DNA of 64,000 bases from an uncultured Acidobacteriota bacterium. Lineage in GTDB: Bacteria; Acidobacteriota; Blastocatellia; RBC074. Each line of letters starts with the position of its first letter. Position 1 is the stretch's first letter. Where the stretch lies: positions 768,001 through 832,000 of the forward strand of contig CAWCKY010000003.1 in assembly GCA_963796275.1 (NCBI GenBank), written 5' to 3'. The translations under genes and the position numbers were made by a program. The notes below the pieces were generated by a model, which saw nothing but the letters and a program-made list of their open reading frames with translations, did not search any database and had not been told where the DNA came from. This document shows, piece by piece, positions 1 to 7,272 of this stretch.

Positions 1-1
1 T

Positions 2-661
2 CGATAGGTGCTTGCGATTGGGTTCGCTAACTACCAGGACGCCGACCGCTCCGCGTCGCTGGGCATTCAATATCTTCAGTCTCGAGTTGACGTGGCGCGT
101 ATTGCCGACACCGTTGAAAATGGATTTCGGGTCGTTCTCCTGCGGCTCGTGATCGAAGACCAGTACGATCTTTCTCTTGACGTCGAGCCCCTGGTAATCG
201 TCATAGTTGAATTCGGGCGCGGTGATGCCATACCCGGCGAAGACTACTGGGGCGCTGACCGTCGTTTCGAGCGGGTAGGTGCCGAAGAAATCTTTGACAT
301 ATTTGTATCGCTGCTCGCTCCCGCCGCGTTTGAGAGTAATGTTCATTTCGTGAATGTCTGGACGATACTCGATCAGTTCGACCGCCTGAAGATACGATTC
401 ACCGACCAGAGGTTTGAGACCGGCTTTGGCAAATTCAGCTGCGATGAACTGAATGGCGATATCTGAGCCCCGCTGCAACGACATCCGTCCTTCGAGGGCA
501 TCGGAAGCCAGGAAGGTCAGGTCGGCGTGCAGATTTTTGGCGTTGATGGCGTTGAAGCCGGTAGCGAGGCGTGAATCGATTCCGTTTTGTGCGAGCGCAG
601 CGGTGGCGATTAGTAAGATCGAGCAGAGTGTGAAAAATCGATTTGACTTGTGGGTCTTCAT
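2..661 (-). CDS. M28-family peptidase with PA domain (N-terminal part; runs off the left edge; absent from the ORF track)
   Basis: Manual translation from ATG at 661: MKTHKSNRFFTLCSILLIATAALAQ (signal peptide)...LTFLASDALEGR...VVFAGYGITAPEFNYDDYQGLDVKRKIVLVFDHEP; no stop before the edge. Confidence 0.85.
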   Translation of the reverse strand, partial: MKTHKSNRFFTLCSILLIATAALAQNGIDSRLATGFNAINAKNLHADLTFLASDALEGRMSLQRGSDIAIQFIAAEFAKAGLKPLVGESYLQAVELIEYRPDIHEMNITLKRGGSEQRYKYVKDFFGTYPLETTVSAPVVFAGYGITAPEFNYDDYQGLDVKRKIVLVFDHEPQENDPKSIFNGVGNTRHVNSRLKILNAQRRGAVGVLVVSEPNRKHLS

Positions 662-679
662 AGCAAGTTTCCATCCATC

Positions 680-710
680 GAATAATGTTACTTATGAATA
701 ATGTTACTTA
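680..710. repeat. Tandem 15-bp direct repeat GAATAATGTTACTTA x2 (period 16)
   Basis: Copies at 680-694 and 696-710, just upstream of the peptidase start. Confidence 0.85.
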
Positions 711-832
711 GAGCGTAGCGCGACATTCTCATACTATAATCGGAAAAGAAACATTTCTTATTTGCTCTTCAAATTTTTAAGGCTCTGATTGATTATTCTA
801 TGCGCGAGATTATCAAGTTGTACAGAATCACA

Positions 833-1289
833 CACGATGCCAGAACCGGAAAGGAGCGGTGGCACAAGCTGATCGCCGATGTGAAGCAGGAATACTTCTC
901 GACGCCGGCTCCGCTCGTCATCCGCAACCACGTGATCATCGGTATGGGCGGCGATTCTCTCGACGTCCCGGGCTGGCTGGAATCTCGCGATCCGGAGACC
1001 GGGGAACTGCAGTGGAAATGGTACACAACGCCTCGTAAAGGGGAGCCCGGATTCGAGACCTGGCCGGATGAATACGCGGCAGCTCACGGAGGCGGAATGC
1101 CCTGGCAACCCCCGACCTACGATCCCGAGCTGAATCTGCTTTACGTGCCTACCGGCAACCCGAATCCAGTGATGGCCGGTCAGAGCCGCAAAGGGGACAA
1201 CCTGTGGACGGCTTCAATCGTTGCGCTCAACCCGGATACCGGAAAGATGGTCTGGTATTTCCAGTGCTCGCCTCACGACACGCACGATG
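833..1289 (+). pseudogene. Internal fragment of a PQQ-dependent dehydrogenase-like beta-propeller (acido-empty-quinoprotein-like)
   Basis: ORF 800-1363 contains DARTGKERW...YDPELNLLYVPTGNPNP...GDNLWTASIVALNPDTGKMVWYFQCSPHDTHD. It lacks a signal peptide, the N-terminal blades and everything after HDTHD (normally followed by WD). Confidence 0.8.
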
Positions 1290-1370
1290 ATGTCGTATCA
1301 GGACTTATCAGCCATCGGCGCCTCCGAGTGCCTACGTGGTCGAATTTAGTTACACTCACATAAATCGCGT

Positions 1371-2168
1371 TTACTTGCTGCTCGTGAGCATTGAAAGCGG
1401 TCGCATCTCGAGGCTGAAATCTTGTGGATGTTCGCCGATGATAGCGGCGGCGACCAGCGCCGGCGTGTACCCCGCGCCTTCTCCTTGAAAATTCGAGCTG
1501 AGCGAATCCTTCTTTTCGGTCAATAAGCAAATGCTACAAGCCGCGCCGCGCGCTTCGCCAACCGCGCTTAGCATCTGTTCGACGGCGCGTTCCCCCTGGT
1601 TATATGCGAGCAAGCTCAACCACAAGTCTCCTGCAAAGCGTCCTTGTAATTCTGAGAGATAGCGAGCGGCTGCATCAGCTGCTTTCGTGGGATCGCTGCG
1701 TTCATCGGCGGTGAGCCCAAAGCGCGTTGCAGTCTGTTCCATGAATTGAAACATCCCTGAAGATCCCGCCGGGCTTATCAGATCATTGCGATATTCTGAT
1801 TCCATCAGTGGCAGGTAGATGCCGACCAGCGGCGAAAGATTGTACGCCCGGAAAATATTAGCGAACTCCGGCGCATGCCTGGCCCCCCGCATCAAGACCG
1901 AGCGTAAATCTTCCTTGTCCCCGTCGTTGCCGATGCGCTCGGCGTAAGCTTCGACGCGCTCGACGATGAGCGCCAGGTAGGCGTGCGATAAATCAGACGA
2001 ACGTCCGGTGATAGCGGCGCCGATCCGGTGAGCCTTATCTTTCACATAAGCCTGTTTGTCAGCTGCCGAGCGCTGCTGAAAGGTTTGCGCAATTGCGTCG
2101 ATCGATGCCCAGGAGATGAGCAGACAACAGAGAGAAGCAAATATTGGCATTTTTGAAATTTGTTTCAT
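1371..2168 (-). CDS. Secreted lytic transglycosylase (SLT domain, MltD-like)
   Basis: Signal peptide; catalytic ES (MESEY), GMFQFM, ERSDP..AARYL and AYNQGE motifs; SD GGAGGA. Confidence 0.9.
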   Translation of the reverse strand: MKQISKMPIFASLCCLLISWASIDAIAQTFQQRSAADKQAYVKDKAHRIGAAITGRSSDLSHAYLALIVERVEAYAERIGNDGDKEDLRSVLMRGARHAPEFANIFRAYNLSPLVGIYLPLMESEYRNDLISPAGSSGMFQFMEQTATRFGLTADERSDPTKAADAAARYLSELQGRFAGDLWLSLLAYNQGERAVEQMLSAVGEARGAACSICLLTEKKDSLSSNFQGEGAGYTPALVAAAIIGEHPQDFSLEMRPLSMLTSSK

Positions 2169-2241
2169 AATACGAATCCTCCTCTAAATTTTCGCGTGAA
2201 AAGAGTTGCGGTTAAGATTTCCGCAGGTTTCGATCTCAGTA

Positions 2242-3300
2242 TCATTTGCGTGCGGCGTATGCCTGCTTGACGAATTCAGGCACTTTAGGTTCAAGTTCGA
2301 ACTGCTCGATGGTAGGTTGATGTTTTTTTGTCAGCGCCCAACGTTGCAACCATGAAATCCCGGCTCGCCCTGTAAACCTATCCTCCAGGCTGTACGCTTT
2401 GTCTTGAAATGCATCTTCCAGCGAAATGAATTGATAGCCGCGCTTTTTCATCATTGCGATCAGCTTGTCAAAATGATCTGCATTGAGCATGTTTGCGTGT
2501 ACCAATAATATTTGCTTTATTTCGTAGCCCAGCAGCGTGGCGGATTGTTTTTCATAGAACTCTATCGACGCTTCCATGTACGGCACGTAAGCCTCAGCAA
2601 CGCGATTCATCATTGCACGATCATTATTTTTTAAAGCGTCTGCATAAACAGCGGCGAAGACATAGTCCTGATTATCGACAGTTACCGGAGCTACGATATA
2701 CTTCCGTTCGGCCAAAATATTTTCGAAGGCATTTTTCATTTCAAGAGATGCGCCGGTGTTGAGGTAGGGATGGCGAAAATACCGTATCTTCATCTCTCTG
2801 GCGATCAACAATTTTTGCGTAATTTTCTCGCCCGCGAGCAAATCCTGTTCGAACTTCTCGGCCGAGGCCGTGAACATATCCAGGTGCGAATACGTGTGAT
2901 TGCCGAGTTCAAATCCCGCCTCGACCCATAGCTGCAAAATGCTTGTGCGCGCCTCGACTTCATCGTGTTGATATGGAGATCCAGCGCGTTGATGTAATTT
3001 CCCTTCGTTAATGAAACCGATTACCGGGACCTTGTTTCGCTTGAGCGTCTCGATCAATTTGCTTGTCAGGGCTTTCAGTTCCTTCACCGGATAAGTCGGC
3101 ACCGATGGCAAATCGTCGAATGTGATAGCGATTTGCCTTTGTGGTTGAACGGGGCTCGTTGTCCCGGTACGAGCCGATGAGCGGTGTATTTTTGCAGCAG
3201 CTATTCGCTGATCATTCTGTGTGAACGAGCCGATAGAAAGGCCGGTAATAAGGGCACAACAGCAGGTGGCAAACAGCGCCACCACAAAAAATCTTTTCAT
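2242..3300 (-). CDS. Secreted polysaccharide deacetylase (CE4/NodB)
   Basis: TFDDLP, GNHTYSH, RYFRHPY and ILLVH motifs; start moved to ATG 3300 (SD AAGGAGG, signal MKRFFVVALF). Confidence 0.9.
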   Translation of the reverse strand: MKRFFVVALFATCCCALITGLSIGSFTQNDQRIAAAKIHRSSARTGTTSPVQPQRQIAITFDDLPSVPTYPVKELKALTSKLIETLKRNKVPVIGFINEGKLHQRAGSPYQHDEVEARTSILQLWVEAGFELGNHTYSHLDMFTASAEKFEQDLLAGEKITQKLLIAREMKIRYFRHPYLNTGASLEMKNAFENILAERKYIVAPVTVDNQDYVFAAVYADALKNNDRAMMNRVAEAYVPYMEASIEFYEKQSATLLGYEIKQILLVHANMLNADHFDKLIAMMKKRGYQFISLEDAFQDKAYSLEDRFTGRAGISWLQRWALTKKHQPTIEQFELEPKVPEFVKQAYAARK

Positions 3301-3475
3301 CTGATGGTTCTCCTCCTTATGGTATTCCCGTGAAACTCTTTTAGTATAACCGCGCATAAAAAACTGGTTGAGCATTTTGATCGATTTGTTACACTGTTTG
3401 CCTCTCTAGAACTAACGCGGCAAAAATGGCGAAATGACGACATTCTGACTGAATATTTTTTTTCTTAAGATAAAA

Positions 3476-4063
3476 ATGAGCGGATCAGCGGAACGGACAT
3501 CTGGTGAATTGACGCGATTGCTCATCGCATGGAGCAAAGGCGATGCGTGCGCGCTGGAAAAACTGGCGCCTCTCGTCTACGCCGAGATGCGCAAACTCGC
3601 GCACCGGTATATGAACCGCGAGCGCGCCGGGCATACCTTGCAAACCACGGCGCTCGTTCATGAGACGTTCTTACGTTTGCTCGGCAACCCGCAGGATAGC
3701 TGGCAAAATCGCGCGCACTTTTATGCGATCGCAGCACAAATGATGCGGCGCATACTGGTGGATTACGCGCGCGCAAATTTGCGTACGAAACGCGGTGGTG
3801 AGGCGACCCACATTGCTCTCGCGAATATCGATTTGCCGGTTGCCGACTCCGCGCTAAACCTCGATTTCATTGCGTTAGATGCGGCGCTGGAAAAGCTCGC
3901 AGCGATAGATCCGCGTCGTAGCCGCGTAGTCGAGTTGCGTTTTTTTGGCGGACTCAGCGTCGAAGAGACGGCGCTGGTGCTACAGGTTGCCCCGGATACG
4001 GTTGTGCGCGACTGGCGCGTTGCCAAGGCCTGGCTCTTTCGCTACCTGAATCATGCAAGCTAA
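3476..4063 (+). CDS. ECF sigma factor, TIGR02999/ECF43-like (kinase-associated)
   Basis: LAPLVYAEMRKLAH, HTLQTTALVHE, RAHFYAIAAQMMRRILVDYAR, VVELRFFGGLS and RDWRVAKAWL; overlaps the kinase gene by 11 bp. Confidence 0.93.
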   Translation: MSGSAERTSGELTRLLIAWSKGDACALEKLAPLVYAEMRKLAHRYMNRERAGHTLQTTALVHETFLRLLGNPQDSWQNRAHFYAIAAQMMRRILVDYARANLRTKRGGEATHIALANIDLPVADSALNLDFIALDAALEKLAAIDPRRSRVVELRFFGGLSVEETALVLQVAPDTVVRDWRVAKAWLFRYLNHAS

Positions 4064-6068
4064 CGAATGGGAAAAGATCGGCTCGCTGCTTGATCGCGCG
4101 CTGGCCTTACCGGCTGCACAACGACAGGCATATCTTGCCGAAATAGCGCGCGTCGAAGGCGAAGCGATCAGCCGAGAAGTCAAAGCTCTATTACAAGCGG
4201 ATCAGGATTCGGACGGTTTTCTCGGTACCGACGCGCTGGTGCTGGCTGCACGGCAACTCGCCGACAATGCCCAGGCAGGGGAACGGATCCTAGAGAATGC
4301 GAAGTACGGGAACTATCGCATTCTCACGAAGCTCGGGGCGGGCGGCATGGGTGAGGTCTATTTAGCTCTGGATGAAACGCTCGGCAGACGCGTGGCGCTC
4401 AAGTTCTTGCCGCATCTTTTTATGCAGGACGAGACGCAGCTAGCCCGCTTCGAACGAGAGGCTCGCGCGGCATCGGCACTCAATCACCCCAATATTTTGA
4501 CAGTCTATGAAATCGGCCGCGCGCACGGGCGCGCATTCATTGCAACGGAATACGTCGAAGGGAGAACGCTGCGCGCCACGATCGCCGAACGAAATCTCTC
4601 GTACGGCGAGATTCTCAAAATTGCCGAACAGATCGGAGCGGCGCTCAATGCCGCGCACGTTGCGGGCCTCATCCACCGTGACATCAAACCCGATAACATC
4701 ATGCTTCGCCCCGATGGCTATGTGAAGGTTCTGGACTTCGGGTTGGCCAAACCCGTCAAAATGGCAGAAGCATCAAACCCAGGTTTTACAACCGCTCAAC
4801 GGCGGCTGAAGCGACAGCCGCGGCAACAAACGCAGGAGGGAATGGTTCTCGGCACACCCGGATATATGTCGCCCGAACAAGTTCAGGGAGAAACGCTCGA
4901 CGCCCGGTCAGACCTGTGGAGCCTCGGCGCAACGCTGTATGAGATGCTCACCGGAACCGCATTATCCGCGGGCGCTGCCGCTGTGCGAACCGTTGATGTT
5001 CTGGGCAGACACGCGATGGTTGACCTGTTAATGACCGGTAAACATCGACTGTTTCAACCGATGCTGCAAAAGGCTCTCGCGCAACAGCCGAGTCACCGCT
5101 ACCAGAGCGCCCGGGAGTTTCTCATCGATGTCGATCGAGTAAAAATGGCTTGCGCACGCGGCAAACCGAAATTTCCGAGCGCCCGCTCGAAAAGACTGGC
5201 CGTGATCGCGTTTTCGCTTTTCATCGTGTCGTCCCTCGGGCTGATCCTCTGGCGCGAAGCTGCGCCGGTCGAACGCCCGGCGGTTTCACAATATTCAATC
5301 GATCGGGGGAGGGTTTCAGAAGCGGAACTCTATTGGAAACTCAGCGATGCTGAAAAAATGGCGTTTATCCGTGAGGCAGCGCAGAACATCGCGAAAATGC
5401 TGGGCGAGGATCCTTCAGCACATACACACAGACAACTTTCTAAGATCAAAAACAATCTCGAAACTTTTGTGGTGAAGCGCAACAGCCTCTCGACCGACCC
5501 CGGACGGGAGAGCATCAAAGCTACTCATGCTCGCGCGAGCGTCTACGCTCCTTTCATCATCGATGCGTTCAGCGAACGCAACCTGCCGCCGATTTTGGGC
5601 TTGTACATTGCGATGAATGAGACGGAATATCACCCGTGCACGGAATCGATAGTAGGCGCGAAAGGGCTCTTTAGTTTTATGCCGGGGACCGCGCAGCGTT
5701 ACGGATTGCGACTGACCCCGAGCGATGAGCGTTGTGATCCGCGCAAAATCGCCCAGGCCGCGGCACATTACCTGGAAGATCTGACCAAATTGTACGGCCG
5801 AAATGCGGACGCTTTGACATTGGCAATGCTGGCCTACAATTGGGGAGATACTCGAGTGTCGCGCGCGGTGGCGGAGCTTAAGGCAAAAAACGTTCATCCC
5901 ATCAACTTCTGGACTCTCCTGGAAAATAATGCGCGGTTGTCCATCCCCATGAATTCAGAGAGCCAAAATTATGCGCCCCGATTTTTTGCGGCCGCGATAC
6001 TGGGCGAAACTCCTCAGCGCTTCGGATTGGAGACTCAGAGACTCTCAGCCTACACCGCGAATAAGTGA
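4053..6068 (+). CDS. Membrane Ser/Thr protein kinase with C-terminal lytic transglycosylase (SLT) domain
   Basis: GAGGMG, VALK, HRDIKPDN, DFGLAK and GTPGYMSPEQ; one TM helix (LAVIAFSLFIVSSLGLILW); SLT motifs NETEY, GAKGLFSFMPGTA, DERCDP and AYNWGD. Confidence 0.92.
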   Translation: MQANEWEKIGSLLDRALALPAAQRQAYLAEIARVEGEAISREVKALLQADQDSDGFLGTDALVLAARQLADNAQAGERILENAKYGNYRILTKLGAGGMGEVYLALDETLGRRVALKFLPHLFMQDETQLARFEREARAASALNHPNILTVYEIGRAHGRAFIATEYVEGRTLRATIAERNLSYGEILKIAEQIGAALNAAHVAGLIHRDIKPDNIMLRPDGYVKVLDFGLAKPVKMAEASNPGFTTAQRRLKRQPRQQTQEGMVLGTPGYMSPEQVQGETLDARSDLWSLGATLYEMLTGTALSAGAAAVRTVDVLGRHAMVDLLMTGKHRLFQPMLQKALAQQPSHRYQSAREFLIDVDRVKMACARGKPKFPSARSKRLAVIAFSLFIVSSLGLILWREAAPVERPAVSQYSIDRGRVSEAELYWKLSDAEKMAFIREAAQNIAKMLGEDPSAHTHRQLSKIKNNLETFVVKRNSLSTDPGRESIKATHARASVYAPFIIDAFSERNLPPILGLYIAMNETEYHPCTESIVGAKGLFSFMPGTAQRYGLRLTPSDERCDPRKIAQAAAHYLEDLTKLYGRNADALTLAMLAYNWGDTRVSRAVAELKAKNVHPINFWTLLENNARLSIPMNSESQNYAPRFFAAAILGETPQRFGLETQRLSAYTANK

Positions 6069-6136
6069 TTTTCTGGGCTTCGCCGTTTTATGCCCGCCTT
6101 GTTTTAAAAAAAGTAGTTATATAGTTAAATAACTGC

Positions 6137-6165
6137 TTGACTACCCTCTGGCCTTGGCAGATAAT
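6137..6165 (+). promoter_or_regulatory. Putative sigma70 promoter for the SDR gene
   Basis: TTGACT-17 bp-GATAAT. Confidence 0.45.
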
Positions 6166-6227
6166 GCCGCCGAAATGTTCGATCGGAAAATAAATCAACT
6201 GACAACAATGGAAAATAGGAGGGTGGT

Positions 6228-6980
6228 ATGTCTCTTTCACTTAATGGGAAATCAGCGTTGATAACGGGGAGTTCCCGCGGGATTGGTCGTGCGATAGCCG
6301 AGCGTTTTGCCGCTGACGGCGCGTCTGTCGTCATTAATTACACGCAGAGTGAGAAATCGGCGCGTGAGGCGGTCAAAAGCATCGTCGATAAAGGAGGTCA
6401 GGCGGTTGCTATCAGGGCCGATCTCGCCAAAACCGCGGATATTAGGCGGCTTTTCGATGAAGCCGAAAAGGCTTGGGGGCGATTGGATATCGTGGTGGCC
6501 AATGCGGGTGTTTTTTTGGGGAAACCTCTGATTGAAAGCACAGTGGAAGACTATGATTACGTTTTCAACATCAATACCAGAGGTGTTTTCTTCACACTGC
6601 AGGAAGCTGCCAAGCGGGTGCGCGATGGTGGGCGCATCATTGTCGTTTCGACGGGAGGGACTAAGATGTATTTCGCCAATACCTCTCTCTATATTGGGAG
6701 CAAAGGCGCGATCGAGCAATTCGCCAGGGGACTCTCGCGCGAGCTCGGTCCGCGAAACGTGACCGTCAATATTCTCTCTCCGGGATTCACCGAAACGGAT
6801 ATGTTCGATAAAGCGGCAGATGAGCTCGGCAGCGATCAGATACGCGGCGGAGCGAGCCTTTCGCCTTTCAATCGCATCGGCACATCGGTGGAAGTGGCCG
6901 ATGTGGCTGGGTTTCTAGCTAGTGACGCCGCACGATGGGTAACTGGGCAGAATGTGCAGGCGGGCGGCGGAGTTGTCTGA
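6228..6980 (+). CDS. SDR-family NAD(P)-dependent oxidoreductase
   Basis: TGSSRGIG, ANAG and YIGSK motifs; SD AGGAGG. Confidence 0.93.
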   Translation: MSLSLNGKSALITGSSRGIGRAIAERFAADGASVVINYTQSEKSAREAVKSIVDKGGQAVAIRADLAKTADIRRLFDEAEKAWGRLDIVVANAGVFLGKPLIESTVEDYDYVFNINTRGVFFTLQEAAKRVRDGGRIIVVSTGGTKMYFANTSLYIGSKGAIEQFARGLSRELGPRNVTVNILSPGFTETDMFDKAADELGSDQIRGGASLSPFNRIGTSVEVADVAGFLASDAARWVTGQNVQAGGGVV

Positions 6981-7272
6981 ATCTGGCTTCACCGCGATCG
7001 ACACGGATGCGACAGACTCACGGAATAATTACCGCGATCATCCGTGGCACCCGGTCGATCTGCGATGAAGCGTACTGCGATGAAGCGGATAATGTTACAT
7101 CACTAATTCCTCAGTCTCTTGTCGAATCTCAGCGACCCTGATAAATTCACTTCGTGACTCAGCATAAACGAATAGAATTCTCGAGAATTAATCCAATCAA
7201 GCAATTCATCAGCCCGGACTAACGGAGAGAGCGCCGCTCTGTCGCCGGAGTTGGAAGCATTGCCGAAACCGT

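Noticed and set aside
8-466. 152-aa plus-strand ORF
   Set aside because: Antisense shadow of the M28 peptidase gene.
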